Shown piece after piece: positions 29,248 through 37,915 of a stretch of 64,000 nt of DNA. The DNA comes from an uncultured Gammaproteobacteria bacterium (GTDB lineage: Bacteria > Patescibacteriota > Microgenomatia > JAMCZE01): assembly GCA_964576435.1 (NCBI GenBank), contig CAZNUP010000001.1:98345-162344 (forward strand), read 5' to 3'. A model generated the notes under the pieces. That model did no database searches and was not told where the DNA came from. It saw nothing but the letters and a program-made list of their open reading frames with translations. Numbering within the stretch: the first letter of the stretch is position 1; every line of letters starts with the position of its first letter. Position numbers and translations under genes: made by a program.

Positions 29248-29280
29248 ACTAAGCAACTTCTCAGGAACCTTTGTTAATAT
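29248..29280 (+). promoter_or_regulatory. Candidate response-regulator box plus extended -10
   Basis: ACTAAG-N5-TCTCAG, exactly 10 bp, then TAATAT (29275-29280) preceded by TGn. Confidence 0.55.
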
Positions 29281-29286
29281 CCTAAT

Positions 29287-29333
29287 CAAACCGCAGTCTG
29301 AGAAAAAACCCCGATTTTTATCGGGGTTTTTGT
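29287..29333 (+). ncRNA. Candidate ~45-nt small RNA under TCS control
   Basis: Lies between the box/-10 promoter and a strong intrinsic terminator; no start codon in between. Confidence 0.35.
29304..29331. terminator. Intrinsic terminator hairpin (potentially bidirectional)
   Basis: AAAAACCCCGAT-TTTT-ATCGGGGTTTTT perfect 12-bp inverted repeat. Confidence 0.85.
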
Positions 29334-29353
29334 TACACTAAATGCATTGTTAA

Positions 29354-29386
29354 TTTAAGCCGATTCTAAGAAACGGCTCATACAAT
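29354..29386 (+). promoter_or_regulatory. CiaR-like box plus -10 of the exporter operon
   Basis: TTTAAG-N5-TCTAAG (29354-29370), exactly 10 bp, TACAAT (29381-29386), 8 nt, ATG 29395. Confidence 0.7.
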
Positions 29387-29394
29387 GAAAATAC

Positions 29395-30678
29395 ATGGAC
29401 AAACTCAAAGGGTTTATTAGTCGCCACAAAAAACTTTTAGTTGTTTTGGTTCTCGTAGTTGTCGTTGGTTTAATTGGTTTTAAATTCTTTGGTCCAAAAC
29501 AAGCTTCTGTTCAAACCCAAACGGTAACTGTTGAAAGAGGGACTATTGTTTCGGGGGTCTCTGCCTCAGGAGCTGTTTTGTCAGCCAACTTCACACCCAT
29601 TAATACTAAAGCTAGTGGCACAGTAGCCGCAGTCTACGTAAAAGATGGAGACACAGTAACTAGTGGTCAAAAAATCGCTGAAGTTACACTAAGTGCTGAA
29701 GGCCAGCAAGCAAATGCTTCCGCTTGGGCTAACTATCAAAATGCTGTTTCTAATTTAGCTTCCGCCAATGCAACCGCCTATTCACTAAAATCAGCCATGC
29801 TTTCAAGTTGGGATGACTTTAAATCACTTGCTGAAAGTGGCGCTTACACAAATGGCGATGGTTCAGCAAATTCCGGAAATCGTGCCGCACCAGAATTCGC
29901 AACAGCAGAGGCCGATTGGCAAGCAGCTGAAGCAAAATATAAAAATCAACAAACGGCAATTGCTGCTGCTCAAAGTTCCCTAAATAGTTCTTATCTAACT
30001 TACCAGCAAACTTCAGGAACAGTTGTGGCTGCAGCAGCTGGTGAAATTGATAGTGTCACAGTTGCCCCGGGGATGGTCATTAACTCGGTCGCTTCAACTT
30101 CAACAACAGATACTGGTTCCACACAGCGCGTCGCCATAATTAAAAACACCAATGAACCAATTGTCAGTGCCAACGTTTCTGAAGTCGACGTTCAAAAAGT
30201 AAAGGCTGGCCAAAAGGCTACAGTCACATTAGATAGTATTGCTGACAAAACTTTTACTGGCAAAGTTGTAAGTGTGGATAGAATTGGAGAAACTTCAAGT
30301 AACGTCACAAATTACCCAGTCTTAATTCAACTGGATACTGGTAGCGATTCACTTCTTCCAAATATGGCAGCCTCAGCAAATATTATTTTAAGTACAAAAG
30401 CTGATGTGTTAGTTGTGCCTACAGGAGCAGTCCAAACTCAAAATGGCACTTCGACTGTTAGAGTGCAAAGGGGTGGCAAAGAAATTCAAGTTGAAGTAAA
30501 AACTGGTTTAGTAGGTGACACGCAAACTGAAATAACCTCGGGACTAAAAGAAGGCGATGTTGTTATTACTGGAACGACAACAACTGGAACAGGTTCAACT
30601 ACAAGGTCAGTCTTTAGTGGAAATAGTAGCTTCGGTGGTGGCAGTTTTGGTGGTGGAACCAGAATAAATCGCCAATGA
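29395..30678 (+). CDS. Membrane fusion/adaptor subunit (MacA/HlyD-like)
   Basis: N-term TM, lipoyl halves 'SGTVAAVYVKDGDTVTSGQKI', 'VSEVDVQKVKAGQKA.VTLD', 'EITSGLKEGD.V'. Confidence 0.92.
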   Translation: MDKLKGFISRHKKLLVVLVLVVVVGLIGFKFFGPKQASVQTQTVTVERGTIVSGVSASGAVLSANFTPINTKASGTVAAVYVKDGDTVTSGQKIAEVTLSAEGQQANASAWANYQNAVSNLASANATAYSLKSAMLSSWDDFKSLAESGAYTNGDGSANSGNRAAPEFATAEADWQAAEAKYKNQQTAIAAAQSSLNSSYLTYQQTSGTVVAAAAGEIDSVTVAPGMVINSVASTSTTDTGSTQRVAIIKNTNEPIVSANVSEVDVQKVKAGQKATVTLDSIADKTFTGKVVSVDRIGETSSNVTNYPVLIQLDTGSDSLLPNMAASANIILSTKADVLVVPTGAVQTQNGTSTVRVQRGGKEIQVEVKTGLVGDTQTEITSGLKEGDVVITGTTTTGTGSTTRSVFSGNSSFGGGSFGGGTRINRQ

Positions 30679-31352
30679 TTAGTCTCTCTCACATTTCAAA
30701 AATCTATTCTAATGACGGAACTGAAACCATTGCCTTAAAAGACATTTCTTTTGAAGTCAAAAAAGGTGAGTTCGTTGCTATCATGGGTCCTTCCGGCTCA
30801 GGCAAATCAACTTTAATGCACATTATTGGCGCTTTAGATAAGCCCACCTCAGGCACCTATATCTTAGATGGGGAAAATGTTGAAAAACTTTCTGACGATA
30901 AGCTTGCTGACATTAGAAATAGAAAAATTGGTTTCATTTTCCAAGCATTTAACCTTTTGCCAAGAACTTCAGCTCTGAAAAACGTCATGCTGCCAATGAG
31001 CTATGCAGGGATTTCAAAAAAAGAACGGCAGGAACGCGCTGAAAAATTTCTCACCATGGTTGGTCTAAAAGATCGGATGGACCACACGAGTAGTCAATTG
31101 TCGGGAGGTCAACAGCAACGCGTAGCCATAGCAAGAGGTTTGGCAATGAACCCAGCTATCCTTCTTGCTGATGAACCAACTGGGAATATAGCCAGTAACC
31201 AAGCAGAAGAAATAATGGATATCTTTAAAAAGCTAAATAAAGAAGGTCACACAATTGTCATGATTACCCATGAGCCAGATATCGCTGCTCACGCTGGTAG
31301 AACTATCACCATTAAAGATGGAGAAATAATTAGTGATAAAAAAAATAAATAG
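30675..31352 (+). CDS. ABC transporter ATP-binding protein (MacB/LolD-like)
   Basis: 'GPSGSGKST', 'LSGGQQQRVAIAR', 'LADEPTGN', 'ITHE'. Confidence 0.97.
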   Translation: MISLSHISKIYSNDGTETIALKDISFEVKKGEFVAIMGPSGSGKSTLMHIIGALDKPTSGTYILDGENVEKLSDDKLADIRNRKIGFIFQAFNLLPRTSALKNVMLPMSYAGISKKERQERAEKFLTMVGLKDRMDHTSSQLSGGQQQRVAIARGLAMNPAILLADEPTGNIASNQAEEIMDIFKKLNKEGHTIVMITHEPDIAAHAGRTITIKDGEIISDKKNK

Positions 31353-31354
31353 CT

Positions 31355-32575
31355 ATGGATTTATCTGAAATCATTTCTGAAGCAATTAGTACGTTAACGG
31401 TAAATAAACTAAGAACAATTTTAGCTACCCTTGGTGTTGTTATAGGAATTGGCAGTGTCATCGCCTTAATTTCTTTAGGTCAAGCAAGTCAGCAAGCAGT
31501 TCAAAACCAAATTCAATCTCTTGGATCAAACCTCTTAACAGTTATTCCAGGAAGTACCCAAGCTGGGGGAATTAGGGGAGCAATTGGTGGGGGAACCACT
31601 TTAACCTATGATGATGCCAAAGCTATAACCACTGCAAACCTTTCTTCAGTTAAAAATATTTCTCCAGAATACACCAGCCGTGCCCAAGTTGTAGCTGGAA
31701 GAAATAATACCAACACTCAAGTCATTGGTGCGACCCCAGCCTATGCTGATGTTAGGAAGCTTGAACTAAAAGAAGGCCAGTTCATAACAAACACCGATGT
31801 CGCAGGCATAGCAAAAGTCGCTGTTCTTGGACCTCAGGTTGTAACTGATCTTTTTGGTGAAGGCACAAATCCAATAGGTCAGTCAATTAGAATCAACGGC
31901 ACTTCATTGAAAGTTGTTGGGGTCACAGTAGCAAAAGGCGGTAGTGGTTTTCTAAACCAAGATGACAGAATTTATGTTCCATTAACTACTGCCCAAAAAC
32001 AACTCTTTGGCTCAACAAACGTTAGTTCAATTGCAATTGAAGCAACGAGCGCCGACACTATGACTCAAGCACAAGACCAAATTGGCTATCTCCTTCTTGG
32101 AAGGCACAAGCTAACCGATCCAACTGACGCTGATTTTACAATCCAATCACAAAATGACATTTTGGACACTGCGTCTTCAATAACAGGCACCTTTACAGCT
32201 CTCCTTTCAGGAATCGCTGCCATATCCCTCGTAGTTGGAGGAATTGGAATTATGAACATCATGTTAGTTACGGTAACAGAACGGACAAGAGAAATTGGTC
32301 TAAGAAAAGCTCTTGGTGCGAAGAAAAATACCATCATCACCCAATTTTTAGTTGAAACAATTATCTTAACTTTTGCAGGTGGCGTCTTAGGGATGATAAT
32401 TGGAATAACTGCCTCGTTTATTATCTCCAGCCTAATTGGTCTACCATTTACAATTTCTATTCAAGCAATTGGTTTAGCAATTGGCGTCTCAGGAGGAATC
32501 GGTCTAATCTTTGGTCTTTATCCCGCAAGAAAAGCCGCCAATCTTCAACCAATCGAAGCTCTTAGATACGAGTAA
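31355..32575 (+). CDS. ABC transporter permease (MacB/FtsX-like)
   Basis: 'LRT.L..LGVVIGIGSVI', 'ISLVVGGIGIMNIMLVTVTERTREIGLRKALGA', 'PIEALRYE'. Confidence 0.96.
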   Translation: MDLSEIISEAISTLTVNKLRTILATLGVVIGIGSVIALISLGQASQQAVQNQIQSLGSNLLTVIPGSTQAGGIRGAIGGGTTLTYDDAKAITTANLSSVKNISPEYTSRAQVVAGRNNTNTQVIGATPAYADVRKLELKEGQFITNTDVAGIAKVAVLGPQVVTDLFGEGTNPIGQSIRINGTSLKVVGVTVAKGGSGFLNQDDRIYVPLTTAQKQLFGSTNVSSIAIEATSADTMTQAQDQIGYLLLGRHKLTDPTDADFTIQSQNDILDTASSITGTFTALLSGIAAISLVVGGIGIMNIMLVTVTERTREIGLRKALGAKKNTIITQFLVETIILTFAGGVLGMIIGITASFIISSLIGLPFTISIQAIGLAIGVSGGIGLIFGLYPARKAANLQPIEALRYE

Positions 32576-32577
32576 CT

Positions 32578-32610
32578 TCTAAGTAATTCCTCAGTTTTGA
32601 GGAGGAAAAT
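32578..32610 (+). promoter_or_regulatory. Candidate response-regulator box before the distal gene
   Basis: TCTAAG-N5-CCTCAG, 10 bp, GAAAAT, 7 nt, GTG 32618. Confidence 0.5.
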
Positions 32611-32617
32611 AAATCAA

Positions 32618-33052
32618 GTGAAAAATACCAACCTCATTATTATTGGAATTGTCGCCCTATTAATTGGTGGGGGAATTGGATTTTTTGGCGGCATGACCTA
32701 TCAAAAATCTCAAACACAATCCAGTATGCCTGGAAATTTCCAGGGTGGTCAGTTCCAAGGCAGGCAAGGAGGGAATCGCACTTTTGGCAATGGAACAGGC
32801 ATTCGTCCAGTCTCTGGTGAAATTCTCTCAACTGATTCAGGTTCAATTACAGTTAAACTCCAAGACGGTAGTTCAAAAATAATTCTCATTACCGATAAAA
32901 CTACGATTGGAAAATCTGCATCTGCTTCGGCAAGTGATTTAAAACAAGGTGAGCAAGTCGCCGCTTTTGGATCAGAAAATGAAGGCGGCTCAATTACAGC
33001 TACCAATATTCAAATTGGTGGAGGTGCATTTAGAGTTCGTACTAGTCAATAA
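32618..33052 (+). CDS. Membrane-anchored small beta-domain protein (DUF5666-like)
   Basis: TM 'IIGIVALLIGGGIGFFGG', Gly/Gln linker, 'SGEILS....ITVKL.DG.SK...T..TTI...SDLKQGEQV..G....GSITAT.I'. GTG 32618 preferred over TTG 32597. Confidence 0.75.
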   Translation: MKNTNLIIIGIVALLIGGGIGFFGGMTYQKSQTQSSMPGNFQGGQFQGRQGGNRTFGNGTGIRPVSGEILSTDSGSITVKLQDGSSKIILITDKTTIGKSASASASDLKQGEQVAAFGSENEGGSITATNIQIGGGAFRVRTSQ

Positions 33053-33755
33053 GTTTTACTTGCGGAATTTTTTGCCCATTTATCCCATTAAACATTAAGT
33101 TTTGATAGCCACTACTTATTACTGCCGTTTTGCTAGTTGGTGAATATAAGAATTGATAAGCTGCGTTTAACCAACAACTTCCCCCTGGGTTCCCAGCATC
33201 TCCTTGTCCTCTGAGCGCAATTTTGTATGTGTCTTTGGTGCCTTTTACAAATTCTTTTGAAGAAATCTGACAGTCAGTTACTCCTAAATTCTTTTCTCCA
33301 AAAGCAAGAAGTGCGCTATCAGTCGAAACCTTGGCGTAAGAAAAACTCATTGCAGTTGCAGGAAGATTATCTCTAATTGTTCCAAGCGTAGTTGTCACAT
33401 TTTGACATGAGTTATCTTGGCCAATTTTTACAGTCTTAGTATCGGAAACATAAATCCTACTATTTTTGGAGTCCTTAAAAACTTCCACATTAACTGGAGA
33501 TTCTTTGCTTTCTTTCCAAACTTCACAATTTGCCATATAGGTCATATCCACTTTTGGATAAGTCACCTCAAATCCATATTGGTGATTAATATATTTTCCA
33601 GTTTTGCTATCAACTGAAACAGATTCTTCGTTTGGTGGGTCATTAAGTGGAGAAGAATTTAAAACTGCCTGTGGCTTAGGAAGGTTAGTGTAAATGATTG
33701 CAGCACCAAGGCTTATGACTACTCCAACAATCAAAATAATGAAGTACGGCTTCAT
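33042..33755 (-). CDS. Secreted/membrane-anchored hypothetical protein
   Basis: N-term TM, 'YINHQYGFEVTYP' (PsbP-like start common in CPR surface proteins), 4 Cys. Confidence 0.75.
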   Translation of the reverse strand: MKPYFIILIVGVVISLGAAIIYTNLPKPQAVLNSSPLNDPPNEESVSVDSKTGKYINHQYGFEVTYPKVDMTYMANCEVWKESKESPVNVEVFKDSKNSRIYVSDTKTVKIGQDNSCQNVTTTLGTIRDNLPATAMSFSYAKVSTDSALLAFGEKNLGVTDCQISSKEFVKGTKDTYKIALRGQGDAGNPGGSCWLNAAYQFLYSPTSKTAVISSGYQNLMFNGINGQKIPQVKLID

Positions 33756-33785
33756 AATTTAATGATACCACGGTATACTCGGCGT

Positions 33786-34238
33786 ATGATGCCACCCGAA
33801 AGTGACTATATGGGCCTCCTGCCGCTCTTTTTCTTGTCTTTCCTATCGGAAATATTAATTCCTATCCCCATAGGACTAATTCTGATTGCCATGATCATTG
33901 CTGGCTTTGCAGCTGGTCCCGTGGTAATTGTTAGCATGCTTGGTTTTACTCTGGGAGCAATTGTCGATTACAGTGTTGGACGCTACGGTCTCCATAGGCT
34001 TGACTGGTTTAAAAGGCACCAGGACTCAAAAACCTATGCACGAACCAAAAAAATATATGACCGCTATGGTCCATGGTCACTTTTAGGGGTTTGGGTTCCG
34101 GCGGTAGGAAAGTATATCGCACCAGTAGCTGGTATTATGAAACTACCATGGAAAAAATTTCTCCCACTCTATGTCATAGGAAAAATCATCTACTTCATCC
34201 CTCTCGCCCTTGTTATTCTCGTTCTAAGTAGGTTTTAA
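33786..34238 (+). CDS. DedA/VTT family membrane protein
   Basis: 'GFTLGAIVDYSVGRYG', 'RYGPWSLL..WVP.VG....PVAGIMKLPWKKF'; start placed at ATG 33786 (TATACT 6 nt upstream). Confidence 0.88.
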   Translation: MMPPESDYMGLLPLFFLSFLSEILIPIPIGLILIAMIIAGFAAGPVVIVSMLGFTLGAIVDYSVGRYGLHRLDWFKRHQDSKTYARTKKIYDRYGPWSLLGVWVPAVGKYIAPVAGIMKLPWKKFLPLYVIGKIIYFIPLALVILVLSRF

Positions 34239-34447
34239 CCTTTTTTCTGAATCATCCAATCAGCTAAGAAGCCAACAACGACGACCAAAACGCCAAGAAC
34301 TAATGCGTTATTCATAAGACTTGGAACAAAGGACAAAACGATCATGCCAACACCCACGCCCATAAGGATGTGAACCAAAGAATGGGGAGTAAAACACTCC
34401 TCAAGCATTTTTTCAAAACTCATTCCTCCACTTTTTTTGCTTGCCAT
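34235..34447 (-). CDS. Small two-TM protein
   Basis: 'HSLVHILMGVGVGMIV'; GGGGTGA SD-like motif upstream. Confidence 0.8.
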   Translation of the reverse strand: MASKKSGGMSFEKMLEECFTPHSLVHILMGVGVGMIVLSFVPSLMNNALVLGVLVVVVGFLADWMIQKKG

Positions 34448-34474
34448 AACTTAATTCACCCCCAATCAGTATAT

Positions 34475-34681
34475 TTACTTTTTCGGTTTATAAATTCCAA
34501 CTTTCTTGGCTATCCACAACAAAACTCTCAAAATCACCATTATTACAACCGCTGTAATGAAAAAGTTAAAAAGAAAGTAAAAAATTCCGTTCCTAATAAG
34601 TCCATAAGTTAGTAGAAGCGAAATTACAGCTCCAATTCCAAGTAATATCCCATCAGTTTTTCCAAATGGAGAAATTTTCAT
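34475..34681 (-). CDS. Small two-TM hypothetical protein
   Basis: 68 aa, two hydrophobic segments, basic tail. Confidence 0.7.
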   Translation of the reverse strand: MKISPFGKTDGILLGIGAVISLLLTYGLIRNGIFYFLFNFFITAVVIMVILRVLLWIAKKVGIYKPKK

Positions 34682-34711
34682 CTTTGTTACTTCCTGTCTA
34701 ATATCAGAATA

Positions 34712-35302
34712 CTAAGGTTTTGATCTCTTTTGCAACTCCCCAAATTCTTTTGCACTAAGTTCTTTTATCTCTGGTAAATTTTGATAATGATTATTAGCTA
34801 CAAACGACACCCTGCCATCTTTATTAACAAGGTAATATGCCATTCCTTGTAATTTTTCGATTACTGCGTAATCAGATGGATCATGTCCTTCTCTCCAGTT
34901 GTCATATAAAACTAGTGGTTCGTTTGAAATATTTGACCACGAATGTCCATAATCCCACGGAATTGTAATTTCGTCTCCAGGCTCTCCATGAACTGCCAAA
35001 ACTTCAGACACTGTTTCCATAAGCCACATTTTTTTATCAAATGCCTTTTTCTGAAGCAAAAATATCCCCTTACCAGAAACTACATGATATTTTTCGGGAA
35101 CATCCACCCCATGGTAATGCCCAAATGTCTTTGAAAACTCCCCATCAAACATACCTGGAGCGATGACTGTCATGTTAGCTGGACCTGAAGGGTCTAAGGA
35201 GATATGGTTAAACATGAAATAAACTGGGTCAGGCCCCGTAGCTTCTTTGTTCATTAAAACTGGTTGGATACCCATAAGGTCCCGGACAGAACCAAGTCTC
35301 AT
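34712..35302 (-). CDS. Cupin-type (archaeal-like) glucose-6-phosphate isomerase family protein
   Basis: 'TVIAPG..DGEFSKTFGHYH', 'EKYHVVSGKGIFLLQ', 'IPWDYGHSWSN', 'Y..IEKLQGMAYY'; start set at ATG 35302. Confidence 0.85.
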   Translation of the reverse strand: MRLGSVRDLMGIQPVLMNKEATGPDPVYFMFNHISLDPSGPANMTVIAPGMFDGEFSKTFGHYHGVDVPEKYHVVSGKGIFLLQKKAFDKKMWLMETVSEVLAVHGEPGDEITIPWDYGHSWSNISNEPLVLYDNWREGHDPSDYAVIEKLQGMAYYLVNKDGRVSFVANNHYQNLPEIKELSAKEFGELQKRSKP

Positions 35303-35326
35303 ATATAAAAGTATATAATACATTTC
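35303..35326. promoter_or_regulatory. Compact bidirectional promoter
   Basis: Core AGTATATAAT: + TATAAT (35314-35319) 7 nt before zwf ATG; - TATACT (35310-35315) 7 nt before GPI ATG. Confidence 0.65.
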
Positions 35327-36754
35327 ATGGAAAATTTCGCCCTAGTTATCTTCGGCATCACCTCAAACCTAGTCCAAATTAAACTCCTGCCAGCTCTCTA
35401 TGATTTAGCCGAAAAAGGTCTCCTGCCAAAAGACATGGTAGTAATTGGTATAGCCAGAAGAAACCTCTCTGAAGCAGACTTCAAAGGCCACATTCACAAG
35501 TCTTTGCATACTCAAAACATTCACCACAAACACGAAGTAAAACAGGATGTGGCTGGAAAGCTTCTTGATCATTTTCACTATCTACAGGGCAATTTTGATG
35601 ACACCAGTGAGCAAAGTGTCTACGAACATCTATCAGAAGTACTAAAAGAACACAACGTAAAAAACCGTCTATTTTATCTAGCTACCTACCCAGATCTTTA
35701 TGCAGGTATTTTTGAATCCCTTAGTAAATATCATTTAAATAAAAGTACCTCTGGTTGGACAAGACTAATTATTGAAAAACCCTTTGGTAATAACGAAGAA
35801 ACTGCCAAAACATTAGACACGCTTTTGCATAAACACTTTAAAGAAGAACAGGTTTTCAGGCTCGATCACTATCTTGGTAAAGAAACCTTGCAAAATATCA
35901 TTACTTTTAGATTTGCTAACGAAATCTTTGAACACATAATTGACAATAAGCACTTAGACCACATTCAAATAACAGCTAGTGAAGATATTGGAATTGGTAA
36001 GAGGGGCGGTTACTACGATTTAGTAGGTGCTCTAAAAGATGTGGGGCAAAACCATGAGCTCCAATTAATTACATCTGTCACCATGGACGCTCCAAAAGCA
36101 TTTACGAATAAAGATGTAACTAAAGAACGAATCAAAATTCTCAAAAAATTAGTTCCCATGCCACAAGACCTAGTCTTGGGCCAGTATAATGGCTACCTTT
36201 ATGAAGAAAACGTCAAAGAAAATTCCAATACTGAGACGTTTTTTGCTCTAAAAACTGAAATTGATAACCCTCGTTTTAAAGGTGTGCCAATTTATGTTAG
36301 AGCCGGTAAAAAACTTGCTAGGTATGCTACAGAAATTAATTTGGTTTTCAAGTCTCCTCACAATCGTTTGTTTTCCCATTTGGACATGGGTACCATGCCC
36401 AATATTTTGACTTATCGAATCTTCCCAGATGAAGGAGTAGGTCTTCAAGTTCTAACTAAAAGCCCAACTCATGAGTGGCGACTAGATATCGATCACATGA
36501 ACTACAAATACAAACAAGGAGAAAATTCCATTCCTGACGCCTACGAAAAACTTCTTTATGATGCCATAAAGGGGGACCAAACTTTCTTTAATGATGCGCC
36601 TGAAATTGAAGCGCAGTGGCATTTTACTGACGAGCTTTTAAAAAACCCACCCAAAGTAGTTTCCTATGAACCAGGAACCTGGGGTCCTAAAGAAGCAAAT
36701 GATTTAATCGAAAAAGACGGCCGTAAGTGGCTTGAGCCAAAGGAGGAATTTTAA
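35327..36754 (+). CDS. zwf: Glucose-6-phosphate 1-dehydrogenase
   Basis: 'IIEKPFG', 'RLDHYLGKE', 'RGGYYD..GALKDVGQNH', 'GVPIYVRAGK', 'AYEKLL', 'YEPGTWGP'. Confidence 0.96.
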   Translation: MENFALVIFGITSNLVQIKLLPALYDLAEKGLLPKDMVVIGIARRNLSEADFKGHIHKSLHTQNIHHKHEVKQDVAGKLLDHFHYLQGNFDDTSEQSVYEHLSEVLKEHNVKNRLFYLATYPDLYAGIFESLSKYHLNKSTSGWTRLIIEKPFGNNEETAKTLDTLLHKHFKEEQVFRLDHYLGKETLQNIITFRFANEIFEHIIDNKHLDHIQITASEDIGIGKRGGYYDLVGALKDVGQNHELQLITSVTMDAPKAFTNKDVTKERIKILKKLVPMPQDLVLGQYNGYLYEENVKENSNTETFFALKTEIDNPRFKGVPIYVRAGKKLARYATEINLVFKSPHNRLFSHLDMGTMPNILTYRIFPDEGVGLQVLTKSPTHEWRLDIDHMNYKYKQGENSIPDAYEKLLYDAIKGDQTFFNDAPEIEAQWHFTDELLKNPPKVVSYEPGTWGPKEANDLIEKDGRKWLEPKEEF

Positions 36755-36904
36755 ATGCCAATGTACGGATTAAAATATGATGTTTCTTTTTATGAACTTC
36801 TCATTTTTATTTCCCTTGCATTTGTGGCGGGGCTTTTGACCTGGGTGTTCATTAGTTGGCTTAAAGAAAGGGTGAAACCAAGTAGTAAAATAAAGAAGAA
36901 ATGA
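36755..36904 (+). CDS. Unlisted 49-aa single-TM protein
   Basis: MPMYGLKYDVSFYELLIFISLAFVAGLLTWVFISWLKERVKPSSKIKKK; starts right after the zwf stop and ends in an ATGA overlap with the next gene. Confidence 0.7.
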   Translation: MPMYGLKYDVSFYELLIFISLAFVAGLLTWVFISWLKERVKPSSKIKKK

Positions 36905-37227
36905 TTGGCGCCATACTTTTTGTTCTAATAGCCCTCTGGTTTTTAGGTTTTGTTAATCTACCGTTTTTCCCAATCGCCAACACCACCCTTATAACTCTTC
37001 TGGGAATCCCAATAACCCTATATGACATTCTAGTTTTCTTGGTTATTATTTGGTTAATTGGTATTTTGCCAAGACCATTTAGGATGGTTGCCACAGTCCT
37101 CTTAGGTCTTTGGCTCCTATCATTTTTTGGTCTGATAAGTATTGCCGGTATTTCACTACCAAATATTGTTGTTCTAGTAATTATCTTTAGTCTCGTCTAT
37201 TATCTACTAACTCAGAAATCCGAATGA
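36901..37227 (+). CDS. Small polytopic membrane protein
   Basis: 108 aa, about 4 hydrophobic segments, 'WLIGILPRPFR'; ATGA overlaps on both sides. Confidence 0.8.
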   Translation: MIGAILFVLIALWFLGFVNLPFFPIANTTLITLLGIPITLYDILVFLVIIWLIGILPRPFRMVATVLLGLWLLSFFGLISIAGISLPNIVVLVIIFSLVYYLLTQKSE

Positions 37228-37913
37228 AAAATAGTTGGCCCATTATTGGAATTGTCGCCGTAATAATCTTAGCTATTTGCGGTTTCCTATTTTTCCAAAC
37301 TCAAGGTTCCCAGCCTCAATCGTCTAGTCTTTCTAACTACAGCACAAATCAAAATCCTATTGTCACTCCTGAAGTTTCCCAGGTTGTCATTAGGAATGAA
37401 AATAGCGATAATAAAGACATGCCAGCAATGGAAATTGACCAGTCAAAATCTTATGTAGCAGTCTTAAAAACAACAGATGGGGATATCACCATTGCTTTAA
37501 ACGCTAAACAAACTCCAATTACAGTAAATAATTTCGTTACCCTAGCCAAAAAGAACTTTTACGATAACACCATTTTCCATAGAACCATTAAAGGTTTTAT
37601 GATCCAAGGTGGCGATCCAACAGGAACTGGAACTGGTGGTCCAGGTTATAAATTTGATGATGAGCCATTTACGGGTGAGTACACTAAAGGCACGGTAGCG
37701 ATGGCCAATGCTGGCCCAAACACAAATGGTAGTCAGTTCTTCATTATGCATGGTGACATGGCTCTTCCAAAAAACTACGTCATCTTTGGAAAAGTAACTA
37801 GTGGGATGGATGTTGTTGATAAAATTGCCACTGCTCCAACAGAACCAGGTGGGGAAGGGTCTTCTCCAGTTAACCCAGTTAAGATAACTTCGGTAACAAT
37901 CGAAGAAAAATAA
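37224..37913 (+). CDS. Membrane-anchored cyclophilin-type peptidyl-prolyl isomerase
   Basis: 'TPITVNNF', 'FYD.TIFHR.IKGFMIQGGDPTGTGTGGPGY', 'AMANAGPNTNGSQFFI'. Confidence 0.96.
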   Translation: MKNSWPIIGIVAVIILAICGFLFFQTQGSQPQSSSLSNYSTNQNPIVTPEVSQVVIRNENSDNKDMPAMEIDQSKSYVAVLKTTDGDITIALNAKQTPITVNNFVTLAKKNFYDNTIFHRTIKGFMIQGGDPTGTGTGGPGYKFDDEPFTGEYTKGTVAMANAGPNTNGSQFFIMHGDMALPKNYVIFGKVTSGMDVVDKIATAPTEPGGEGSSPVNPVKITSVTIEEK

Positions 37914-37915
37914 AA

